From NCBI GenBank assembly GCA_946186895.1, contig CAMHOW010000001.1, positions 50,843-114,842 on the forward strand: a stretch of 64,000 nucleotides of DNA, written 5' to 3'. Position numbers and translations under genes: made by a program. Below the pieces are notes generated by a model. That model saw only the letters and a list, made by a program, of their open reading frames with translations, searched no databases and was not told the origin of the DNA. Of the stretch, positions 20,387-29,449 are shown piece by piece (within the stretch, counting starts at the first letter, position 1; the number at the start of each line of letters is the position of its first letter). This DNA is from an uncultured Fibrobacter sp. GTDB taxonomy: Bacteria > Fibrobacterota > Fibrobacteria > Fibrobacterales > Fibrobacteraceae.

Positions 20387-21199
20387 CTACATCCGCACGG
20401 TAACCCCGACCGACCCCGGCCCTGCCCATAAACTGACACGGTCACTACGTTTTTTGTGGACTTGGATAACAGCAAGGCTCACTCCCGTACCCACCAGGGC
20501 TCCAGCCACCACGTCACTCCAGAAATGCTTGCCCGCCGCCACCCGGAGCACCCCTTCGAGGCCGGCCGCCGACAAGGCAAGAGCCCAGACTACCCCCCGG
20601 TAGGGCGATTCCGGGTAAAATTCGCTGAACCATTCTCCGGTAAAGACCGCCACCGTAAAGGCGGCCGAGGCATGCCCGCTGAAAAAGCTACCGTAGGCTT
20701 CGGCCTCTGCCGAGCGGGCCTTGCGCGCCCCCGCCCCATCCTCGGCATAGATATAGGGCCTAGGCCAGAATTCCATGGAACGAACCATCAGGTTTATACC
20801 CGACTGGAGGGCCAACGCCTGAGCAAACATCAGGGAAAATCCCGCAACATCCTGTCCGGAGGCGTCACCGACCTTGTAAGAATACCCGGCCATCGCTAGC
20901 GGGGCCACCCCAAAAACAGCGGCCCACTTGCTAACCTTGTCAACCGATTCGTTGTAACGCCCCGCCACCGGCCTGTCCCAAGGAGCCAATTCCGACACAT
21001 CCCTGTAGTCTCCGGGCTCGGGCTTTTCCATCTGAGTGTAGCGATAATTGCCGAAAAAGGCCGTAAAAGCCGACAAGAAGGTGACAGGCATGTCCTTAGA
21101 CCAGGAAACGTCATAATGGAGCGAATCCCCGGCGGCAAAGATAGCCACAGGCATTACCACCAAACACAAAAAAAACTTTTTCCACCTTAAAACGCTCAC
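20387..21199 (-). CDS. PAP2-family phosphatase
   Basis: R..RPY, SFFSGHAS, LRVAAGKHFWSDV motifs; GTG start. Confidence 0.85.
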   Translation of the reverse strand: MSVLRWKKFFLCLVVMPVAIFAAGDSLHYDVSWSKDMPVTFLSAFTAFFGNYRYTQMEKPEPGDYRDVSELAPWDRPVAGRYNESVDKVSKWAAVFGVAPLAMAGYSYKVGDASGQDVAGFSLMFAQALALQSGINLMVRSMEFWPRPYIYAEDGAGARKARSAEAEAYGSFFSGHASAAFTVAVFTGEWFSEFYPESPYRGVVWALALSAAGLEGVLRVAAGKHFWSDVVAGALVGTGVSLAVIQVHKKRSDRVSLWAGPGSVGVTVRM

Positions 21200-21229
21200 A
21201 CCCCCAAACTAAAAAATTATATTGATGAC

Positions 21230-22180
21230 ATGCCAAGCAAGAACATTACTCGTGAGCCCATAACGCCCTCTATTGAATTACTCAACGCCATTTCCGATGA
21301 AATGCGTCTGAAAATCCTGATGCTTCTAGACCAGGCGGAATTCACCGTCAACGAAATCAAGGACTGCCTGGACATCCACCAGAGCAACGCCAGCCGTCAT
21401 CTGGCGAAGTTATCCTCATGCAAGCTTCTGAAGGATCGCCGCGATGGTATCAAGGCCTACTACGGGCTTAGCGAGGAACTCCTGCTCTCGAGCCGCGTTC
21501 TGGACCTAATCCGCGAAGCCTACGAGGAATTGCCAGACAAGGACATTATCCAATGCCGGGCGGAACAGATCCTGCAGGACCGTACCGACAAGACCAAGGG
21601 TCAAATCCACAAGTTGGACCAGGCCGGCGGTAGCCTTAAGGCCCAGATAAGTCTTTTCAGCAAGCTCATGGTCCCCTTCGAAAAAGCCGTGGATATCGGC
21701 TGTGGCGAAGGCGGCGACCTGTCGCTCATGCTAGCCAACCGCTGCAAAAGCGTATTTTCCCTAGACTGCGACCCCAAGGTCATCAGCGGCCTCCAGCGCA
21801 TTTTGAAAAAAAAGGAAATCGGAAACGTCACCCCCAAGGTGGCGGACATGCTCTCCACTGGGCTTCCTGATAATTTTGCCGACCTGGTGCTCATGAGCCA
21901 AGTACTCCACCATGCCCAGGACCCCCGCCTTGCCCTGAAAGAGGCCATCCGCATCTTGAAACCGGGTGGAATCCTTGCCCTGCTGGACCTGGCCCAGCAC
22001 AAGGAAGAGTCTTTCCGCGAGACCCACGGCCACATCTGGCTGGGCTTTGACCGCAGCCAGCTGGAGTTCTTTGTCAAGGAATTCAAGTGCAAGATTATCG
22101 AAAGCGAAATTATCCCCAGCGAGAACCTGGTAGACAAGAAGCTCCCCGTCATCTGCATGATTCTCACAAAGAATAATTAA
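21230..22180 (+). CDS. ArsR-family HTH fused to a class I SAM-binding methyltransferase domain (SahR/SamR-like architecture)
   Basis: RLKILMLL..QSNASRHLAKL; VDIGCGEG, VLHHAQDP..ALKEAIRILKPGG, WLGF. Confidence 0.85.
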   Translation: MPSKNITREPITPSIELLNAISDEMRLKILMLLDQAEFTVNEIKDCLDIHQSNASRHLAKLSSCKLLKDRRDGIKAYYGLSEELLLSSRVLDLIREAYEELPDKDIIQCRAEQILQDRTDKTKGQIHKLDQAGGSLKAQISLFSKLMVPFEKAVDIGCGEGGDLSLMLANRCKSVFSLDCDPKVISGLQRILKKKEIGNVTPKVADMLSTGLPDNFADLVLMSQVLHHAQDPRLALKEAIRILKPGGILALLDLAQHKEESFRETHGHIWLGFDRSQLEFFVKEFKCKIIESEIIPSENLVDKKLPVICMILTKNN

Positions 22181-22238
22181 AAACCTATTGCTTTTTTATA
22201 AAAAATCAGGTAGATTTAGAGTAACGAAAGGAGAGACA

Positions 22239-22349
22239 ATGGGAAAGGTTTTCAAAATTTTGGTGATTGTCGCCGTCTGCCTGATTTCGGCCCTCGGAAT
22301 CTACGGCATCGTGCGTACAGCACGCCTCGACGAAAACACGGCTGACTAG
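22239..22349 (+). CDS. Small single-pass membrane protein, 36 aa (MGKVFKILVIVAVCLISALGIYGIVRTARLDENTAD)
   Basis: Below ORF-track cutoff; strong SD AAAGGAGA upstream; one hydrophobic stretch. Confidence 0.65.
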   Translation: MGKVFKILVIVAVCLISALGIYGIVRTARLDENTAD

Positions 22350-22396
22350 CCTCTAGTGAGCTTCAGGGATTGCCGGGTCTTGCTATATTGTCCGGC

Positions 22397-25150
22397 ATGA
22401 ACTTTCTAAACAAGAAACCCCTGTTTTTTGCGGTCACCGCCGCAGTGTTTTTGGGCATTCTTCTCATTGTCTTTAGGGAATTCGCCTTCAATCCTGACAC
22501 CCTGATGCTGAACAGCGACCAGCTGAACGGCATCGGTAGCCGTATACTCCGTGCCGAAAACGCCATCGTCACGGAATGGGACGATTCCCGCCTAGGCGGC
22601 GTCCCTACCATTGACGCCCTTTTTGCCGACGTCTACCACCCTCTGGTTTGGGTGCAGTTCCTCACAGACCCTGCCCGAGCCGTAGGCTTCAAGTTTATCT
22701 TGACCGTCTGGGTGGCCTTCATGAGCGCCATGCTGCTAGCCTGGAACCTGACCGGAAACCGCTGGTGGGCCGCCCTGCTGGGCATGCTCTATGCCTTCTC
22801 GCCGGAGTACTTCACCTACATCTACGGTGGGCACGACGGAAAGATGATGGTGTTCGCCATTGCGCCGCTAGCCCTCCTTGCCATCCGTAAGATTGTGCGG
22901 GACGGAAGCCTCCCCTACCTGATTGTTCTGGCCCTTTCTATTACCTGGATGATTCTCGGCTCCCACCTGCAACTGACTTACCTGTTCCTGTGGGGTGCCG
23001 GGTTCTACACCCTCTACGAAGCCATTTTCCATTGCGACACCTTCAAGACCAAAGGCAAGCGTATCGGCCTTGCGGCAGCAGGACTCGCCTTCGGGCTTGC
23101 CATCAGCTGCTTTCAGGTGGTGCCGCCCTACATGTACACCACCACCCAGTCTGTTCGTGGCGAAGGAGACCACACCAACCTGGGCCACGCCGTAAGCTGG
23201 TCCTTGCACCAAGAGGAACTGGCCCAGATGTTGCTGCCCGGGTTTATCGGGGTAGACGTCTACGAATACAACGAAAAAGAGGGCAAGCTAGAGGGAAGTT
23301 CCTTCGTGAACGCCACCATGGAGGAATACCGGTCATCGAACGGTTCGCCATTCTACTGGGGCCACAATCCTTTCAAACTGGACCACAATAACGCAGGTGC
23401 CCTTTTGACCCTGCTCGGATTCCTGTGCCTGTTCTTGCCAGGCAAGCGTCGCTGGGCAATGTTCTGGGGACTTGGTGCTGTCCTTGCCCTGAGTTACGGC
23501 ATGGGGGCTCATTCCCCGCTGTTCAAGCTCTGGTACAATATCTTGCCAGGCGTCAAGAATTTCCGCGCCCCGGGCATGGCCCTGTTCTGGTTGCCCCTGC
23601 TGCTCGTGATGATGGCCGCTCCCGTACTCAAGACCATTTCCGACGACTCTGCCGAGGCACTTAAGAACCGTCGCGCCCTGTTCCATGGCGCCGTCATGTT
23701 CGTATTGCTCCTTGTCATAGTCGTTATCGCACGGTACAATTGGACGCTCTTTATTGGCCCCTTCGGACTGGTGGCATGCCTCGTCTATGCGGTTGCCTGT
23801 CTTGGCGTCATGAGCCTTGACGACCAGGGAAAAGAATTCTCCGTTGCAAACTTCACAGACTGCTTCAAGGCCGGGCTTCCTGGTACCCACCGTGCTATCC
23901 AGGCCTGTGTGGTGATTGGGTTTGCCCTGATTGGAACCTTCTTGATGAGCGGACAAAAGCTTTTGGAAGATGCCATAACAGCTCCCTACTTTAAGCCCCT
24001 GAACGAAATCGCCATGCAGATGACCGCCGGCAAGATTATCCCCGGATTCATTTTGGTGCTGGTGATTGTAGCTGCTACACTGTTCACGCTTAAATGGAAG
24101 GCCGGCATTGTACAAAAGGCAGGAGTCCTTGCCCTCGTAGCCGCCGTGGAACTGTTCTTTATCAACGGAGCCTTTATCCAGAATGTCGATGCCAAGGAAT
24201 ACCTGCAGCCGGCCAACCCCGTGGTGGCCGCCGTCAAGGCACCCTTCAAGGCAGACAGCCTGAATACGCCCCGCGTACTTTCCCTTTCTAGAAGCAAGGC
24301 TCTTGGAGCCAACGCCTTCCCACAATACCACCTGAGAAATGCCGACGGATTCCATGACAACGAGCTGGCAAGCTACAGAGCCTTCCGCGGCGGGCAACAG
24401 AACGCCAACTATATGCTGAACATCAACGATCCCGAAGCGGCCCACCCCTTCCTGGACCTGATGAACATCGGCTATATCATCTTTGATTCAAAACAGGGCA
24501 TCACCTACATGCCCATTCCCACCGCTATGGGCGAAGCCTACCTCTACGGTGACGCCACCGTCATGAGCGATGACGATGCTATAAAGACCCTGCAGACCAA
24601 GGCCGCCATCCGCAAACCCAAAGCCCCAGAGCCCGTAGTAGAGGAAAGCGCCGTTGATTCTACAGTTGCAGACTCCACCGTGGCAAGCGCCGACAGCACC
24701 GTCACAGACAGCACTGCCACCACAGCGGCCGCAGCACCTGCAGCAGAACCTCAAGACGACCCCAACGCATTCTACTACAAGGAAAAGGTCATCTTGTCTG
24801 AAAATCCGGAGCAACCCCTGGAAGGTGGCGCCGTGAGCGGTTACGCCCGACTGGTAGAAAGCCCCAAGATGGACACCCAGGTGTTCGAGGCGGAAAGCGA
24901 CCGCCCCGCCATCATGGTGGTAGCCGGAAACTACCATCCGTATTGGAAAGCAACTGTGAACGGCAAGGAAGCCAAGGTCTACAAGGCCTTCGGAAACCTA
25001 CGTGCCGTAGAGATTCCCAAGGGCAAGTCCACCATCCGTATGGAATACCGGAGCAAGCCCTTCCACGACTGCCTAAAGATCAGTGCCCTGGCCATAGTCC
25101 TGCTCGCCATCTTCGGCCTCGCCGTGCTTGTAAGAGCTCGAAAAAAATAG
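22397..25150 (+). CDS. YfhO-family multi-pass membrane protein (GT-C fold)
   Basis: Many TMs; YIYGGH, NFRAP; C-terminal NYHPYWKATVNGKEAKVYKAFGNLRAVEIPKGKSTIRMEY. Start moved to ATG 22397. Confidence 0.82.
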   Translation: MNFLNKKPLFFAVTAAVFLGILLIVFREFAFNPDTLMLNSDQLNGIGSRILRAENAIVTEWDDSRLGGVPTIDALFADVYHPLVWVQFLTDPARAVGFKFILTVWVAFMSAMLLAWNLTGNRWWAALLGMLYAFSPEYFTYIYGGHDGKMMVFAIAPLALLAIRKIVRDGSLPYLIVLALSITWMILGSHLQLTYLFLWGAGFYTLYEAIFHCDTFKTKGKRIGLAAAGLAFGLAISCFQVVPPYMYTTTQSVRGEGDHTNLGHAVSWSLHQEELAQMLLPGFIGVDVYEYNEKEGKLEGSSFVNATMEEYRSSNGSPFYWGHNPFKLDHNNAGALLTLLGFLCLFLPGKRRWAMFWGLGAVLALSYGMGAHSPLFKLWYNILPGVKNFRAPGMALFWLPLLLVMMAAPVLKTISDDSAEALKNRRALFHGAVMFVLLLVIVVIARYNWTLFIGPFGLVACLVYAVACLGVMSLDDQGKEFSVANFTDCFKAGLPGTHRAIQACVVIGFALIGTFLMSGQKLLEDAITAPYFKPLNEIAMQMTAGKIIPGFILVLVIVAATLFTLKWKAGIVQKAGVLALVAAVELFFINGAFIQNVDAKEYLQPANPVVAAVKAPFKADSLNTPRVLSLSRSKALGANAFPQYHLRNADGFHDNELASYRAFRGGQQNANYMLNINDPEAAHPFLDLMNIGYIIFDSKQGITYMPIPTAMGEAYLYGDATVMSDDDAIKTLQTKAAIRKPKAPEPVVEESAVDSTVADSTVASADSTVTDSTATTAAAAPAAEPQDDPNAFYYKEKVILSENPEQPLEGGAVSGYARLVESPKMDTQVFEAESDRPAIMVVAGNYHPYWKATVNGKEAKVYKAFGNLRAVEIPKGKSTIRMEYRSKPFHDCLKISALAIVLLAIFGLAVLVRARKK

Positions 25151-25155
25151 CCTAT

Positions 25156-25300
25156 GCGGTCACTACCGTGAGCAACAAGCGCCTCGTATTAACGAGGCGT
25201 GGTTGCGAGAGCATCGGCATGCCGTAGAAGGCTTTAATCATTTAGCCGATGCGGCGGTCATTAGCCCGAACGGTCAATTAACCCGGGCGGTCAAACGCTA
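25156..25300. other. Multi-hairpin intergenic element (candidate structured RNA or dispersed repeat)
   Basis: Stems at 25172-25206, 25211-25252 and 25264-25288. Confidence 0.5.
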
Positions 25301-25306
25301 CAATAG

Positions 25307-25336
25307 AAAAAGCCGCACTTGTGGTGCGGCTTTTTT
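25307..25336. terminator. Bidirectional intrinsic terminator
   Basis: AAAAAGCCGCAC-ttgtg-GTGCGGCTTTTTT between convergent genes. Confidence 0.88.
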
Positions 25337-25350
25337 CAGAAAATCAGAAA

Positions 25351-26334
25351 CTACTTCAGACCGGCAAGGATCAGGCGAACAACGCCCTTGGCAAATTCCT
25401 TGCTGTCGGACTTCAGGGACGCGGTCTTCTTCAAGGAGACTCCCTGGTCCTTCTTCAGGTTCAGCACCAGCTGGGCGACACAGTATTCGTCGTATTCGAC
25501 CTTCATATTGTAGTCGGCGAAGTTGAACTTTTCGGCGTCCTTATCGGCCTTGAATTCGTCGTAGGCGGCATTGCAGTCGTCTTCATTCATGGCGTAGCGG
25601 ATCGCGAAGTTCAAGGAGCATTCGTCGTCTTCGTATGAGACGGTCAACTCGCCAGAAGATTCCTTCAGCTCATCCACTTCGATAGACACCAAGTCGTCGT
25701 ACATGGTCAAGCGGTCGCAATCGGCGGCACGGATATTCTTGAGGACATTTTCCTCAGCGGCCTTGCCTTCGATCTCCTGCTTGTCTGTCGGTTGGAACTT
25801 GAGGTAGAAATCAATCAAGGCCTGTTCCGTCTGGGCAATGGCCAGATTCTCTTCGAACAGGTTCGCCTTGAAATCTTGGGCATAGCATTCTCCGGAATAA
25901 TGAATTACCGAGGCCACGTCATCGCCCTTGTCGTAGCGGATTCCCATCTGGAACTTGTCGCTCTTCTTGCCACCAACAGACCAGAAGCCTACGGGGAACT
26001 TGCCACCATCAAAATCGAAACGGACAGGCTCCGTAATGTCTTTCTCAAAGCGCAGAGCCGTATTCTTATCCAAGTAAGCCTTGTACTTGAAAACAGAATC
26101 CGGGTCTTCTTCTTTCCAAACCAAGTTACCAAGCTCACCCACCTTGCAGACAGGGTAAGTAACCGTCAAAGTGGAATCATCGGAATCGTAATCGTAGTGA
26201 GCCTTGCTCAAGACCATATCAAAGGAGTCTTCCAGGTCGATGCTGGAAGAACCACTATCTCCGCCGCAAGCAGCAAAGAACATACCACCCATGGCCATGG
26301 AGACAAGGGAAACCTTTTTCACAAAATAATTCAT
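25351..26334 (-). CDS. Hypothetical lipoprotein
   Basis: Lipobox FFAA-C-G; start at ATG 26334 after GAGGT, with TATAAT upstream; avoids overlap with the HAD gene. Confidence 0.75.
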   Translation of the reverse strand: MNYFVKKVSLVSMAMGGMFFAACGGDSGSSSIDLEDSFDMVLSKAHYDYDSDDSTLTVTYPVCKVGELGNLVWKEEDPDSVFKYKAYLDKNTALRFEKDITEPVRFDFDGGKFPVGFWSVGGKKSDKFQMGIRYDKGDDVASVIHYSGECYAQDFKANLFEENLAIAQTEQALIDFYLKFQPTDKQEIEGKAAEENVLKNIRAADCDRLTMYDDLVSIEVDELKESSGELTVSYEDDECSLNFAIRYAMNEDDCNAAYDEFKADKDAEKFNFADYNMKVEYDEYCVAQLVLNLKKDQGVSLKKTASLKSDSKEFAKGVVRLILAGLK

Positions 26335-26374
26335 ATAACCTCTAGCATCATTATACATTTTTCGAGGGCAAAAA

Positions 26375-27175
26375 TCAAATCCGACCTTCGAAAAATCCTT
26401 CAAAATCTATATCCTTGACGCTTTCTACCACGTATTCCGGCTTTACATCTAGCTTCTCTACGTCTGAACGCTTGGTTTCGCCGCATAGGGGAAGCACGAA
26501 CCGGCAGCCCGAACGCTTCGCCAGTTCGAAATCCGTATAGAGTCGGTCCCCCACGAAAAGAATTTCTTCGGGAGCATATGTCTTCAAAAGTCCTGAAAGC
26601 ATGGCGGGGTTGGGCTTACCAAAAGACCGCTCCGGCTCCACACCGTAAGCTGTCTTGAGAAGCGCCATAAAGCTTCCGATATCGGGCACGGGGCCACGGG
26701 CGTCGGGGCAGACAAAATCCGTATGGGTCACCCAGAAGGGAATCCCCCGCTGCACGCGGAAAGACAGTTCGCAAAGTTCCCGATAGTCAAAACTATTGTG
26801 GTAGGCCACCAAAACGAGTTCCGTATCCTCAACAGAAGGCCGCAAATTGAGAGACGGGTCCTGGGCGGCAAACCATTCGTAGACTTCGGGATTGGCAAAG
26901 AAATAGACGTTCTTGAGCCCTTTTTCGTGAATGGCAGTCAAAGACAAAGTCAGCGCAGATATAATGCCGTCGTCACGGAGAGGCAGTCCCATCACATTCA
27001 GCCGGTTCTCGTAGAACACAGGAGACTTGCTGGTGTTGTTGCTCAGGTAGTAGACTGGCACCCTGGAGGCCACCCGCTTCACGGTATCCACTGCGCCAGG
27101 ATAAGGACGACCGCTCAGGTAGAGGGTTCCGTCCAGGTCAAAGACCACCACTTTTACGGGCTTACGCGCTGTCAT
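26375..27175 (-). CDS. HAD-IIA (NagD-like) hydrolase
   Basis: FDLDGTLY, LSNNTS, GKPNP, FVGDRLYTD. Confidence 0.9.
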   Translation of the reverse strand: MTARKPVKVVVFDLDGTLYLSGRPYPGAVDTVKRVASRVPVYYLSNNTSKSPVFYENRLNVMGLPLRDDGIISALTLSLTAIHEKGLKNVYFFANPEVYEWFAAQDPSLNLRPSVEDTELVLVAYHNSFDYRELCELSFRVQRGIPFWVTHTDFVCPDARGPVPDIGSFMALLKTAYGVEPERSFGKPNPAMLSGLLKTYAPEEILFVGDRLYTDFELAKRSGCRFVLPLCGETKRSDVEKLDVKPEYVVESVKDIDFEGFFEGRI

Positions 27176-27212
27176 AGGCCCTAAGTTAGAAAAAATTGCT
27201 ACCTTAGCCGGT

Positions 27213-27965
27213 ATGAAGACCCCCGATAGCCGTTTTTACTGCCCCAATATCCAAAGTGGAAGAGTCACTCTAGACGAAAACGAAAGCGCCCACGCCGTAA
27301 AGGTTTGTCGGGCCGCCCTGGGAGACGTACTGGAGCTTTGCGACGGACAGGGGCACTTTGCGGTCGGGACTATCGTAACGGCAGATCCAAAGGCCTGTCA
27401 GGTAGAAATTTCCAAGGTGGAAACGCCCAAACCACAAAGGCCACTGCTGAACCTGGCCATCGCCTGCCTCAAGGACGACGCCCTGGAAGAGGTGGTATTC
27501 CACGCCGCCCAAACCGAAATCGGAAGCATTACCTTCTTGCGCACCGACTACTCCCAGGAGCCCAAGAATTCCGATTTGCATAAACTGGTCCGCCGTTCCG
27601 AACTCAAGAGCCTAGTAAGTCTGAAACAGTCCAAGAAGCCCTGGCTCACCGAGATTTGTGGCCCTGTGGAATTCAGAGAATGGCTGAAAGGCTACCGCGG
27701 AGACCTGATCCTCTGCGACATAGATGGCGAAAAGACCGCTCCCAAGGAAGTCACAGACAAACTAAATTACACTGACACTAACGGAGCGTGCAACGAGGCG
27801 TCAACGCCCATAACCCTGCTGGTAGGGCCCGAAGGCGGGTTCTCGCCCGACGAAATCCGCATGACCCGGGAATTCACCGGCGGTAAAAGCTACGCTTTAA
27901 ACTTGGGAAACACGAGGCTCCGGGCAAGAACCGCCGCCATCGTGGCTCTAGGAAAGCTGCTGTAA
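27213..27965 (+). CDS. rsmE: 16S rRNA m3U1498 methyltransferase
   Basis: HAVKVCR, LCDGQG, LVGPEGGFS, LGNTRLRARTAA. Confidence 0.88.
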   Translation: MKTPDSRFYCPNIQSGRVTLDENESAHAVKVCRAALGDVLELCDGQGHFAVGTIVTADPKACQVEISKVETPKPQRPLLNLAIACLKDDALEEVVFHAAQTEIGSITFLRTDYSQEPKNSDLHKLVRRSELKSLVSLKQSKKPWLTEICGPVEFREWLKGYRGDLILCDIDGEKTAPKEVTDKLNYTDTNGACNEASTPITLLVGPEGGFSPDEIRMTREFTGGKSYALNLGNTRLRARTAAIVALGKLL

Positions 27966-27974
27966 AGCTGCTGG

Positions 27975-28730
27975 CTACATCATCCGGAGACGCATCTCGA
28001 AGACGGCACGGTCCGTCTCGTCTAAAATGCGCATATAGGTAGCCCCGCTATGGTCTGCCCGGAATATACGCAGGGTCTGGCCTTCCTTGGATTCACCCAA
28101 GTAATGGATTTCCAGCGTAGCCGGGTTACAAAGTTCCCAATCCGGAGTTCCGAACACGTTCAGCGCCAGCTTTACGTACTCGATGTTGTTCATGTGGTGA
28201 GACATGTCGATATGCTGGGGCAGCACCTTCTGCTGGTAAACTTCCTGGTATTCTTCCGGCTTTACGTGAAAGCGGTCGAAGTCCGAAGCATCAAGGGTTT
28301 CCGGAAAACCTTCCGTCGGAAAATCCACCGACGAAAGCCGCAGAGGGCGGTGGTTTTCAAAACTGAGGCAGCACATTTCCTGCTTGGCCAAAATGATGGG
28401 CTCGCCCTCGGTCGTAGTGATGGCGGTATTTTCGTTGAGCCTGATCAGCTGGTTGTCTGCCGGGAATGACGTTGTCACCACCTTGTCGCGCCAGTAGGGC
28501 CGTCTAAAGAACTTGAACTTGGCCTTGTAAACTACCCAGAAGCCGCCCTTCTCCTTCACCACAAAATTGTCCATCTTCATGGCGCCGAAATTTTCGGTGA
28601 TATTGTCCTGGACCATAAGCACCGTCTGGGCAAGGCCCATCTTTCCGGACACGTCGATATAGGCCGACGTGATGGTCCGCTGTTTCTGGAATACAAGAGG
28701 GTTCTTTGACAAGGCGTAAATATCTATCAT
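27975..28730 (-). CDS. Acyl-ACP thioesterase (double hotdog)
   Basis: IDMSHHMNNIEY; FWVV..RRPYWRD.V. Confidence 0.82.
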   Translation of the reverse strand: MIDIYALSKNPLVFQKQRTITSAYIDVSGKMGLAQTVLMVQDNITENFGAMKMDNFVVKEKGGFWVVYKAKFKFFRRPYWRDKVVTTSFPADNQLIRLNENTAITTTEGEPIILAKQEMCCLSFENHRPLRLSSVDFPTEGFPETLDASDFDRFHVKPEEYQEVYQQKVLPQHIDMSHHMNNIEYVKLALNVFGTPDWELCNPATLEIHYLGESKEGQTLRIFRADHSGATYMRILDETDRAVFEMRLRMM

Positions 28731-28756
28731 GGTGAGCAATATAATTTTTTAAATGG

Positions 28757-29449
28757 TTAGCGTTTCAAAAGGCGCATGATTCCCTGGCGGTTGTATTCCG
28801 GGTCGTCCTTGGCGAAGGGGCTCTTGGTCTCCTGACGAAGCGCATAGACGCCACACTCACCGCAATCCACTTCAGTACCAGACTTGGAACTAATTCCCCC
28901 AACAAACAGGCTGTCCGCCACCACACTCAAAACTTCGCGTAGGTCCTGAGCTTCCGCATTTTTCGAGATGCACAAATCCGGCAAGGCAAAAGTTTCAAGT
29001 CCGAGAGTATAAAGCACATCCGAGCCTTCCAGATAGTTCATCCAGGGATCCATGGGGAATTCGGCATCGCCCAGCTCTTCACGGAAACCCTCAGCCGTCC
29101 AGGCAGCTCCGCTCTGCTGCATGTACACACCCAAGGCTCCAGCCGAAAGCACCTTCAGAATAGCCGTATTCACCATGGTCAAGTCCGTGGCACTCTTGAG
29201 TCCCCCCAACAAGAACAGCAGGGACTTGTGGGAATCAATAGCGGCAGTGTCTTCGGCAGAAATTTCTTCGTGCTCCTTGAAGATGTCGGAAAGACCAGAC
29301 ACAGCTTCTTTGCGGACCACCTTGAAAGTCAAGGTACAGCCGGGAACCATCAAGTTTGCCGTATCCTTTTCTACCACAACATTGGGCGTCACGGCAAAGG
29401 GTTCGTCCTGAGCCACAGTCAAAGGGAATGCGAGAACAAAAGAATTCAT
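28757..29449 (-). CDS. Hypothetical protein (DUF4261-like C-terminal YTLGLETFALPDL)
   Basis: ORF overlapping the upstream GT gene's stop codon; motif resemblance only. Confidence 0.6.
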   Translation of the reverse strand: MNSFVLAFPLTVAQDEPFAVTPNVVVEKDTANLMVPGCTLTFKVVRKEAVSGLSDIFKEHEEISAEDTAAIDSHKSLLFLLGGLKSATDLTMVNTAILKVLSAGALGVYMQQSGAAWTAEGFREELGDAEFPMDPWMNYLEGSDVLYTLGLETFALPDLCISKNAEAQDLREVLSVVADSLFVGGISSKSGTEVDCGECGVYALRQETKSPFAKDDPEYNRQGIMRLLKR

